Assembly: GCA_905178155.1 (NCBI GenBank) | Contig: CAJINV010000007.1 | Coordinates: 3,019,151 to 3,083,150, forward strand | DNA: 64,000 nt | Origin: Amoebophrya sp. A120 | Lineage: Eukaryota > Protista > Dinoflagellata | Direction of reading: 5' to 3' | Shown: positions 12,322 through 23,513 of the stretch, piece after piece | Layout: the number at the start of each line of letters is the position of its first letter | Numbering within the stretch: position 1 is the stretch's first letter | The notes under the pieces: generated by a model | The model's input: only the letters and a program-made list of their open reading frames with translations | What the model was told of the DNA's origin: nothing | Databases searched by the model: none | Translations under genes and position numbers: made by a program

Positions 12322-15300
12322 TCACCTGTAAAACCCACCCACGCCCCCGCCGGCGCCGTTATCGCCACTGGTCACGTTGCTGTTGTTTCGTCGCGCTTTC
12401 TGCGGCGAAATGTCGTAGTAATGGTCTAGGTGTACGCTGCTGCCCCGGTGGAGAGACGACGACGCCGCGCGCACGTGCTGTGGCTGGTCAATGGCGGAGG
12501 TTGTGCGCAGGTGCTGTGGCTCCCTCTGGTTGTTTTTTTGCTGCTGAGTAGAGGAATCCGAGGAATGCGCGGAATTAGGCCTACTGTTGTGCTGCACCAG
12601 CGGCTGTTGACTGCTTTCTGTGTGGTGGTGTCCTCGCTGTGACGGCCTTCTGGGTGTTGTCGCGGTTGGAGCTGCACCCGCGCGTTGCTTACTTGTAGAA
12701 TATTGTCCGGTGCAAAAGAGGTGTAGTGCCGCAAATATTTTAATAACCAACGAGCGACGACCTGACCAGCACCTGACATGATCATGGCCGTATATCTTAA
12801 CGGTTATCAGACCTACAAAGAACGGCCGTCCTTTGATGTCAAAAATGCATTTCTTAATGGAGGTGCACCTGGTGCCCGATATTAGGTAGAACAAGCTTTT
12901 GCACTGGATACAGCACCATTTGCTCCACTCGGGTCGACCGTTGCACTTCCGTCGCCTGGTTCATTTCCGCTTGCATTCGCCAGTGCGTTGCGCAGATTCC
13001 CGCTCACGTCGCGCCAGGTCAGACTACCGCACTCCGAAATCAGGTCGTGCAGTACCGACATCAGCACCGACAAGTAGCACCAATCCGGATCCGCTGCGCA
13101 GCGCTGCGAACACTTTTGGAGCTGCGCTTTTAACCGGGTTACGTTGCTGGCGGAAACCTGGGAAACGTTCTCCTTGCAGAATTGCTGCTTCAGCTGCTGC
13201 CAGTCCTTGCCCGACGTGCCCTTGAATGTCGCGAACAGCTGCTGCCAGATCTGTTGTTCGATTTTATTCATAATGGTTGTGGGAGGTAGGTAGGTAGGTT
13301 TACTCAACTACGGAGTTCTAATAGTCTATATTATTTGATGCTTTTATAGACTATTTGGTGGCTGGGGTGCTGCCAGATCGTTCATGTCTGCCTCCTGGGG
13401 TGGCGTTGCCTGCTTCTTTCCTTTGCAGGTCATCTCATGTTTCTGCATATATAAGCGGCAATGAGTTGACGCGGGCGAATAAATTATTTTACCGATGTTG
13501 AAAACCAAAACGCAACAAAGAGTGGTGGTAGAGAGGATGCACAGCAAGATCGCTTGAGGTGCCGGAATTATATCGCTGTTCTTCACGAAAAAATTTTACG
13601 AATCTTACTCTCGTCGCGTCTCTCCAGTATTGCTTCCAGGCATCGTATACATCCAGGATCGCTTGCGCTAGCACGGAGGACGGACAGTCTGTGTATCAGA
13701 GTGCACAAATCCGATTCCCCCACGACATCAACCTGAAGTGCTACTACCGCAAAAGACCCAAGAGCACAGATGCACGCTCTCCTGCATGACCATTGTTCCA
13801 CGGAGGTCGCACTACAGTAGAGGGCTTTTGTCACAATGCAACCACTGCTCTGAGGCTATGACAAAGTGTAGATTTTCTGGTCATCATAGTATGCACATAG
13901 AAAAGAATCGCAGTGGAGGGAGTAGTTGTGCACTCATACTTCAGACTCCGGGTTTAGCGAGTGCGATGAGGAGGTTTTGGAGCTAGTTCTGGACGCAGAA
14001 TTCAAGCCAGTTCGCGAAGATTCCTGTTCCTCCACACGATCGCAGAGATGGAACAGAAGCTCCATGCAGGTTATGCCCATCGCGAAGTGGTCCAGCCGAG
14101 TGCGGTACTGGCGGCAATCGTCCTTGCTATTCTGGAGGTACTTCCAGCCGTACAGGAACTGCTTCCACGAACTCGGCGGCCAGTACTTGCAGTCGCCGCT
14201 ATCAACTGTAAAAATGTCTGGGTCTGGAAGATAGTGACACTTGTCATGCACGTTTTGCGTGAGCCCTGATGTCTGTGATGCATGCCCTAGCATCACAGAT
14301 TTTTTGAGAGGAGCTTCTTGATGCCTAGTCCGCATGACAGATGCCGTCTCCGCGTAGCAAAAATTACATTCCTTTTGGCACTCATGCAATACAGATTTTT
14401 CTGGAATCCAAACGCAGCATCACAAGTTGCATTCTTCCAGACCCAGACATTTTTACATTTGATAGCCGCCGATGTCGAACACTTTCCACATGCCGTCCGC
14501 CCCCTCGTCGTGGTGCGTGGGGAACATGGACCGGTTGGGCGCAAACTGGTCTCCCGCGCCGAAGTACAGACCGCCTGCGATAAAAGTGCACGTTTTTATC
14601 TTCAGGAAACTTCGCCAAAAATTGCAACTGGGCAGCACCATATTGGTATATATCAAAGTAAAAGCTACAAATTCCATGCCTCCAGTACCACATCACTGAT
14701 CGCAATCAACTACTTACCTCTGCCACAGCGGCCGTAGTCCCGTCCCCTCCACTCCTTCGCGTTAACAGCCAGTCCGAAGTCAATCAGCCAGAAATCCATG
14801 CAGGCTGCCGCCCCCAAAGTGTCCTCCATGATGAGGTCTGCGCTGCTACCCGCGGGAAGTACTGGTCCGACGGCCCCGGCAGAAGAAGAGCCGCTGGAGG
14901 ACGAAGAAGAGCCGCCATTTTGGTGTTCCTGTTGCTCGCCCTCTTCCGCCGTCGTGCTGTCCATTTCTTGCTGGCCCGTGGTGCGCGCAGAACTCGAGTT
15001 TTCAGCACCGTCCTGGTGTTGACTACTATCACCCCTGCTGTTCGAGGAGGACATGGACGTCGTGGCCGCGGTGCAGGAAGAAATCAGGATGTTGTGCGAG
15101 TTGACGTCTCGGTGCAGCGCTTTCTGCTCCACCTGCTCAAAGGTCGGCGCCAGCTGCGCCAGCAGCCGGTACGCCAGCCGGCTGGACTCCGCAAAATCGC
15201 GCCAGAACCGCCCGCGCCGGGGGGACAGGCGCTCGGAGCCCCGGGCCCGCTCGATCCAGCTGTCCAGCGGCTCCCCGGGGAGCCGCGACATTACCACCCG

Positions 15301-16677
15301 GATCCGCCACTCGTCGCGTTTTACCTGCCGGACCTCGTACTCTTCGCACAGGGGGGCGCGCACGGATTTCTTCCCCAACTGCCGCATTAACTCCACCTCG
15401 AACTGCGCCTGGCGATACCTTTTCGGGTTTTTGATGGTATGATGCCACCTTTTAGTGATATAGGATTTTAGAATGAATGTACTTCAAATCATTTTTATGC
15501 AGAAACTGACGCATGATGCGTATCGAAACAAGAGGAAAAACATACGCCTTCTCGCCGATGCAGCGGATTTCTTTGAGCGCAAAATCCCTTCCGGACGGCC
15601 CGGTGTCCAGCGCACGTTTGATTTGCCACACACAGCCGAAGGAGCCCTTTCCGAGGGGGCGCAGCACGCGGTAGGTTTCGCTCCGGCCTCCCCGTCCCAG
15701 AATCTCGATCACATTTCCCTCCGCCAGAGAGTCTGAGATGTTGTTGCCGCTCTGGGAACTCGGAATCGTCAGCTTCGTCCTCCCCTGTTGCTGGTGTTGA
15801 AATTTAGTGCTACTACTACTCCCTTGCTCCGCGTTGATCGCCTGATTTGCTGTACCTGCTTTCGGCGGTGCAGAAAACTGATTGATCTTATTTATCCCCG
15901 CTTTACTATTATTCCCATACGCATGATGATGCCCATGATGACCTTGACTGGTTCCACCCCCGACAATCGGTCGCGTGGAGGTCGCAGACGCGGTACCATT
16001 TGCATTTGCACCAGCACTGTAGATCTGCTTATAGCCCGGCATCGAAGAAGAGGAGGAACTGCTTGAGGACGTGCCCGTTTCGAGTTGCGGAACCAATGTG
16101 GCGGCCGACGGATTGGGCGAGTAGCGGTAGATGCCGTTGGAACTGCTGCCTGTACTGGAGGCTCCATTTTGTTGCACGACCAGCCCGTGGTTTTGCACGG
16201 GCTGGATCCGGGTCCCCGCTTTTTGCTGGACCAGTATTGCCCCGTTTGAAGCATGCGGTAGGTGGCTGGAGGAGGATCTGATTGATGTTCATCGATGAGT
16301 AGTTTCTTCCTGGAAAACCTTCATGCTACGGACGCAATTATTTGTCTTTGTTTCATTACATATCGATATTTGAAGAACTTTGCATGTAGTCTACTGTAGC
16401 ACTACGTATTGCTGCATCCCTTTCATTTCCTGAGGACATCAAAATGAAAATGATTCACTGTGCCCCGACAGAGCAGTCAATACGATGTGCTTGGATGCGG
16501 GTGGCCCGCCGGACCCGCACCCGGCTTTAATCCCTGGTTGGCACCACCACCGACCACCACGCCCCGAGTGTTTGCTTGCACGCCCAGAGTGGGGATCTGC
16601 AGAACCGGCTTCAGTTGCGGTCGGTACAGCGGCGAGGGGCCCTGGCTCGACGCAGTTTGCCAGTTGGAGGTCAGCAT
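12322..16677 (-). CDS. Ser/Thr protein kinase with low-complexity N- and C-terminal extensions (multi-exon)
   Basis: LGKGSFGCVW, FALKEI, FEVELM, LHRDVNSHNILI, IDFGLA, and GGDCKYWPP (only after removing the 14200-14464 element), then LDHFAMGITCMELL. The 3' end is uncertain. Confidence 0.85.
12701..12886. mobile_element. Probable introner with an irregular end, direct repeat TAGAA
   Basis: Starts TATTGTCCGGTGCAAAAG; perfect TAGAA flanks at 12696-12700 and 12887-12891. Removal joins AKACST to SKQRAGAAP in frame. The right TIR ends GATA followed by 5 extra nt. Confidence 0.55.
13694..13938. mobile_element. Degenerate introner (245 bp)
   Basis: TATCAGAGTGCACAAAT...GTTGTGCACTCATA; flanks CTGTG/CTTCA. 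Removal plus 5 nt gives ESEDCPSSVLAQAILD, whereas the GT-AG alternative hits a stop. Confidence 0.75.
14200..14464. mobile_element. Introner family 1 (265 bp), TSD GCCGC
   Basis: Family-1 TIRs and a perfect TSD. Inserted in the kinase activation segment (DIGG|DCKYW). Confidence 0.95.
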
Positions 16678-17835
16678 GGTTTCTCAAATGGTTTTCGCGA
16701 TCTGTTGCTTATTTTGCGAACTACTCGTGTCTTCACCGCGAGAAAAGACAGCGTTAGCCCTTGAGTAACGTCACAACACGGCGGGAAAATGAAACTCGCG
16801 GCTGGATCAAATTCTGCGCGAGAGGAAAAAGTGCCGTGTGATGTTGTGTAACGCCACTCTCCTGCGTGCGACGACAAAAAGTATGCCTTGAACGGTGTTT
16901 CTGCGGGACCGAGTTGCTTGTCCAGCAGGAAATCGCGGTGCTGCGCTAGCGTTGCGGCTCCACAGCTGTAATTCCTTTTCCAAGGAAGAAGAAACAACCT
17001 TGGAAATGAACAAGGCGTTTACTCTTAGCACGACAAGCTACTCACGTTCGTTGCCTTTCATCTTTATTTTTGCACGAGCTACAACTCGAGTTCGTTCTTG
17101 CACAACAGCATTACTTACACCAACCACCGCCTGAGTTGCGCTATTGCAGCGCCGCCTACTTCTTGAGGACTTAATATTTTTATCCATGAGCACGAGAAGC
17201 ATGAGGCACTGCTCAAAAACGGCAACGAGACAGAAAAAAGTTCTTCCAAAAAACTTACTCCTTAGCTTAGCCCAACGAACCACATTGACAAGATCACAAC
17301 AGAATAATACAGTATTTTGCACATCATTGTGAAGACCATATTCAACACCACCAAGTGCTCCCGCCCGTCTGATTTTTGACTTTTTGGCCACGTTCCGAAG
17401 ATACGGGCTCACCATTTTCATTTTTCCCACAGCGCATACTTATTTCCCGAAAGGAACAAGAGATGAAAGAAGAGTCTCACTGTAGCATTTTCTGTGGTAT
17501 TCAACACAACAACGTGGATGCTTCGTCGATTTTTCTTCGTCGATTTTGTTTTTGATGATACTTATGACCTGGAAGCCCGCCCAAACCGTCTTAAACGATA
17601 ACTACGCACATCAAAGCCACACCTTCGCAAGAACAACTAGTTATGAACGCGGAAGTGATGTGTCAGCTAACAATTGGACACGACGTCTTGCCACGCCCGA
17701 CATGGAAAGACGGAGAAAAGTTGTCGCCAAATGTTGAACAAGCTCCCATTATACAGATTGCGCAATAAACGCGAGGAGCACTTTGACTTTGTGCCCGTCC
17801 TCTATGTTTTCATTTCACGACAGGTAAATCCACCT

Positions 17836-20800
17836 TCATTGGAGGCGACAGGGACAGGACAGCTGTCGAGAGACATCATTTTCTTGTGTGGACGATGAAT
17901 TCGTGCTTGGCAAAGGAAGCAGAAAATGCACAATCCTTATCCTGTAACGGCGAACGCGCACAAATTCACCTCCGCTTGGGCCAAAAACACAGTCGCTCCG
18001 GTCTTCAGTGTCGTACACAACATCAATTGGCCTTCTGAAAATTAGTATTAGGAATAGAAATCTGCGTCGATTTGTATATTTGCTGGAGTCGAAGTCTGGC
18101 TGGTACATCTCTCATCAATACGACCAATTCCTCGGCCGTTCCTCCTCCTCTCCGTTCCCTGCCGCCGCTTGTTCTTCCTGCTCTTTGACCTCCGCCGCAA
18201 ACTCTTCGGGCAGTTGCATTTTCAAGTAGTGCAGCGTCTCGCGGTTCCGCTGGTCTACTTCCACGCTCTTTGGAGGAGGGGCAGCTGGCTCCTGTGGTGT
18301 TGCTTCTTCCTCTGTTTGTGTTTCTCTTTTCTTGTCGTGACCAGAACCGGAAATAAAGCGCTCGTCTGCTTTTGGTGAAGCATCTGCTACTTCCTGAGCA
18401 AGCGGTGCTTCCTCTTCGTTCTTCGCAGGATCATTTTCTTCCTTGCCCCGGGCCGCACAGAAATTTGGTTTGTCGTTTTTGGACGAGCTGCACAAATCGT
18501 CGACAACTTGAAGGCACGCTGAAGATTCTTGTCCCGATTCTTTCTCACCAAAAGCTTCCTTGCCCTTATGATCTATTTCTGCTTGTTTCTGCGGCTTCTG
18601 TCCGCGTTTCGGGCCTTTTTCATCATCTGCCGTCGGAAACTTTTCTCCGAGCGCCAAACAAGTAAAGGCCTCCAGCAGAAAATCGGGCTCCGTCTCGTCG
18701 AAGTCATCGCCAAAAAGCTCCGCGTCGTAGTCCCTCCAGAAACTACTCGCTTGTCCTTCCACGACCATTTTCCGTGTGACCCGGACGGCATTCCCGTCCA
18801 GTTTTCTCGCTAGCAACAGCAAGTCTTTCCGCTGTCCAAGGCTTTTTAGCAACTGCGGGCTGAAGCGATGAAAATCGGACACGACATTTGCAAGTTTCCG
18901 AGCGGACAAGTCTTCGCCGTAATCTTGCTTGATTAACGCTTTCAGCACCTGTTTCTCGTCGTACTCAAAAGAGTAAAGTTTCTCCATCTCCTGGTCAAGA
19001 ACCTGCAACCGCATGATCCTCTCGCGGTATAATTGTCGCTCGCTTTGCAATCTCTGTAGGTTATAATTTGGCGCTTTTTCATAATCTTCGTGCCGTGGGA
19101 TGAAGTCGTGTGATGTGAAGGGGGTGCTGTGGTGTTTTTTGTGGATTCGATCCATGGCGAAAAGGCTGTCGCCAAAATAGTGCAGGTCGTCCGCAAAGTC
19201 CAGCAGATTGCCGTCGCTCAACACCCGCAGCTCCGCCGTGCAGGGAAATTTTTCGCGCTTATCGAGGAAGGACGGAACTTTCGAATGCGGTGTCCTGTTC
19301 TGCTGATGTAGTCCTGCCGGAAGAATAATAGAGCGGCTGCTCCCAGTGTCGTTGCAAGAACTACTCTGTGCAGGTTTTGTGAGACGACCCTGGGTGGCTT
19401 TCATATTCTGTCCTCTTGTATAATTCTGATCTGTCGCTTTACTATCATTTCTCTGTTGCGTGGAATGCGCAGAGGTCGTAGTACCTGAGGTCGATGCGTG
19501 TAATTTGCCCTGCTGTTGTTCTACTTGATACCTTTGTTTATCCCGACCCTCCATTCGCTTCATCATATCGGAGAACAAAGAATGCTGCTGCGATTGTGAG
19601 TGCTGTTGTTCCTCCTGACCGAGGTCGTCGTGTCGCTGCTGCAAAAATTGATGTGGGTTTGGCCCCGTCGCTGCGAAGCGCTTGTTCCCGTTCTGGTCAT
19701 AGAACAACCTTGAAGATGTGCCTTCTCGTCCAGTTGTATTACTGCTGGCACTAGCACTTGACGTGTGCGGTTGGTGAAAGGCCGAATGCAAATTCTGCCG
19801 CAGGGACGGTTGTATACCCAGTTGCTCTGCTCCGTGCGACGTTCTACTTCCCAAAAGCTGCGGCTGCTGCTGCTGCTGCTGCGCTGAGGAGGCAAAGCTC
19901 GCTGTCGAAGGAGCTGCTTCTCCAGCTGCTAGTGCAACCGTACTGGCCGTCTGCTGCGAGAGATTTCGATTTGCATTTGCTGCTTGTTCTGCATGAGGAG
20001 GCTGTGATGATGTTGTAGTTCCCCAGGAGGACCAATACTGCGATTGCTGCTGGTGTTGTTGCTGCTGCAAATTTTGTTGCGAGGACACGTATGGTAATTC
20101 GTAGTGTTGGGCGCCAGAGGAGATGGCAGTACTTGTGACCCCGTAACCTCCCGCCGTCCCAGAGGAATTATCATAGCCCTGGGTCGAATAAAACGCCGCT
20201 GCACCCTCGCCCTGGGGCCATCGATCGTTTTGTCCTTGCGCATGCGAACCGCCACTGTGCAACCTCATGTCTCGACGATTCTCCGCTCGCGGCCCAGGCA
20301 TGAACGACGTCTGCTGTGGCGAAGCTATCACATCTGGGTAACTGCCGAAAGCGTTCTTTCGGTCTACTCCTCCCGAAGAAGAGGAAGAAGAACCTCTGCT
20401 TGTTGTTGTTCCTGCAACAGGATGGGAGGAACTCCCCGGGACAAAAGACGCGGCCGAAATTTGGGCGGTCAGGAAAGAGGACCCCGGCGTCGTTGTAGTT
20501 GTGTGACTGCTGGTCAGATCAGTGCTCAGACTGCTGGTTCGATGCCCGCTCTCTTGATAGACGCCCTTTAATATGGCGGCGGCCGACGTTTCAACATCTT
20601 TACTTTCCTCGGGCCGCGCGAACAACCCCGCACTGTATGATAGCTGTCGGCGTTGTCCGTCTTGTCCGGCGGATGTTGAAGTAGCACAACTAGAGCTGCC
20701 TGTATTCTTCTTGATATTGGCACTTGCATCAGGAGCAGCGTCATTTTCGCCTTTTCCCGTGTCACCGCGAAAGTGCCACACAATATCAGGCTCGATGTTG

Positions 20801-22520
20801 ACCGAAAAAGTTGCAACTTTCTCCCGTGTCAGTTCTTTCGTCGTCGTCCGCGGCTGCGAAGACGACATCTGAACATGAGGATTAGTGCTTCTACCCGTCG
20901 TTATTGGCTGCAAAGACGTCCAAGCGAAAGGTGACGGCGCTGCGGAAAAAGCACTTGCGGAAGTTTGCAACGGGGACCAGACGGGCTGTGTGGCGTTCGA
21001 GCCTCCTTTTCCGGAGGGTACGGCGGAAGCAACTACCAAATTTCGATTTACTACTGGTGCACCCGCCCCGGGCAGCTGCTGCGCTTCTATACTACTGCTT
21101 TCCTTCCGCCCCGGACGAAGATGCTGATGAAGATCCCCGCCTTTACCACTGCTCCCCACGACTCCACCCACTCCAGAGGAAGAACTGCCTGCAGGAGTCG
21201 CAACGGGACCAGCAGCCTTCTTTGTGTCATCCGGCAACCGGAGTTCCCCGGCACCGAGCGGGATGTTGTCCAGTTTCAGCCGGTCCCATTGGTGCTCCAG
21301 TTGGAACAGAATCACCATCGGAATGTCCTGCGGGAGTTTCTGCAGCGCCTGCGCGTAGTCGAAGTCGCCGTGGGCAAACCCGAGGTCTTTCAGCAGGTAC
21401 CGCCGCTTGTTGTTCTGGAACGAGGTGTCCCGGTCGCTGACGATGCGAAACACGTTATCAAAAGGAAAAATCCCCCCGCCCCATATCGAAAAGAAGTGTC
21501 TGATGCTGGATTTCAGTACACAAATCAGATGTCTCTTGCAGTAGAGGACTGCAGGCATATGCCAAGCCTGAGCCGAGAGGTTTTGGCGTAGGCTCCTAGC
21601 ATGAAAAACAAAAACGTCGAGGGTGTAGGCCCAACAGCATCACAAACCGCCTGCATAATGCGGCGGATTCTGTGGATTTGCCTTCATGCAAGACAGACAG
21701 GATTTGTGGTCACAAATCTGCATCATAGATTTTCAGAAGGATGCACTTTCAATATGGGGAGGGGGGATTTTTCCGCACGATACACGTCCGCCTTTTCCAG
21801 GTGCCACTGCCCCTCCTTCCGGTAGTTCCCCCACTGGTCCAGGCTCCAGGACGGCGGGACGCGCTTCGTCCGCGCGGACCAGTTGGGCACCGTGCGGTTG
21901 CGCACCTCGCGGAGCTTGTCGTGCAGCTTCTCGTCGAACCGGTGGACGTCGATCATGTTGCCGTTCACGCGCAAATACAACGACTGCACACAGATCTCCG
22001 TCTGGTTGTAGTGACCACTCGCGAGGGCGTGATTCGTGCGGAACGTGACGCGCGGGTACCAGGGCAGCACCGCGATGGCACGGAGCACGGAACGGAGCCC
22101 GAATTCCGTGATGTAGTTGTCCGATAGGTGAATCTCGTGCACGGGCGACCGGACCGCCTGCAGGTAGTCCACCAAGGCGTCCATGGCGGCGTCCGCGAGT
22201 TGATTCCGGTAGAATTTGAGCACCTTGACCGAGATGGTGAACTCGCGCAGAAAGCAGAGAAGCGCATCGAAGCCCTGGTTCCCGATCTGCTGCTTCGACA
22301 GGTCAACTTCTTCCAGGTGCACCAATCGGGGTTCGTTGGCGGCGACGCGGTCCAGCAGCCCCTTGCGCCAGTGCGCCAGCTGGCTCTGCAGGCCCTGCGA
22401 GGTCACGCGCTGCGCATAGTGCGGGTGCTGGTGGGGGGTGGAATTGTTCGGTTTAAAATCCGCCCGGATCACGCCCTTCGTCGGGTCTTCCGTCGCCACG
22501 TGCAACTGCGCCAGGTACAT
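17836..22520 (-). CDS. RI-like leucine-rich-repeat protein with a long Ser/Gln/Gly-rich region
   Basis: LEEVDLSKQQIGNQG, VKVLKFYRNQLADAA, VHEIHLSDNYITEFG. Joined in frame to ORF 18115..21558 by removing 21456-21782. Probable last GT-AG intron at ~18036-18120; the start may lie further upstream. Confidence 0.7.
21456..21782. mobile_element. Introner family 2 (327 bp), TSD CACGT
   Basis: TATCAAAAGGAAAAATCCCCCC...GGGGGGATTTTTCCGCACGATA; perfect TSD; restores EKADVFRIVSD. Homologous along its length to 54951-55271. Confidence 0.95.
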
Positions 22521-23513
22521 CTTTCGCCTGAGGGGGGATTTTCTTCCGTTTACTACTATTATAATCCGACAGTAGCCCTTCTCCTCACTTCACCCCGCCG
22601 CTGCTCTCAGGCGGTTGTACGGGGTAGAAGTATCACCATAATGTCGATACCAGCGCCACACTACACTCTTGTCCCGGGCAGCGCCGCATCTTCGCTTTCT
22701 ACCTCGTTTTTTCCCGTGTCGTTGCGGTCCCACCATCTCCGGCAGTCTTCATGCCGGCCTGAAGTTGTTGCGGGGAAAGCAGCATATCATGTACTGCAGC
22801 TGGGGCAACGTCGCCCTCGCTGACGCTTAGTAGTAAGCACATATGCGTCGTGTTGAAAACAAACTTCTTTGACAACTTTCATTTCTAGTGCTGACTAGTG
22901 TACGTTTAGTGCCAAAGAGCGAAAGCGTCCTCGTGTTATTACCTGAGTCAGACCTACAACTACAATCAACTACTTCGAAACGGACTACATTAGTGTGACA
23001 AATACTCCTCGAAAATGTCAAAAACGAAGTGGTGACCTCCCTAGTTCAAAATTTCGCTAAAACTTACTGGTGTACTGTCCCGAAAGTTGTCAACATTAAG
23101 TACTAAATTCTAGCAGCTGTACTGCTACAGAGTACGATGTTGCAGTCGCATAGCAATGCCTACTCCGATTTCATGTTCAGAAGTCCTTGCATCTTCACCT
23201 TTACATCACGAATTGACTATCGATTTCCAAGAACGGTACTGCTTCTGGCGAGAATTTTTTCTTCACTACAGCTCTTCGCAGGGCCCATCGGCTTCGCCCG
23301 GGTAAGATCTTTCAGGCGTAGAACATTAGTAGCAGTAGAACAAAATGATCTGCAGACACAAACTACTTCCCACCAACTCGATTAGCCGAAGCAGGAACTG
23401 CAGCTCGGGCCGCGCCGGGAAAGAAATTTTTTTGTCGAAGCAAGGTGCGAGCTTCTGTTTCATGTTCTTGTGGAATACTTCTCCTCGTGCGTACGTCGAT
23501 GAATCATCGTTTT

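Noticed and set aside
15438-15545. TAT...ATA-bounded kinase intron
   Set aside because: No TSD or TIR similarity; a normal GT-AG pair restores the frame.
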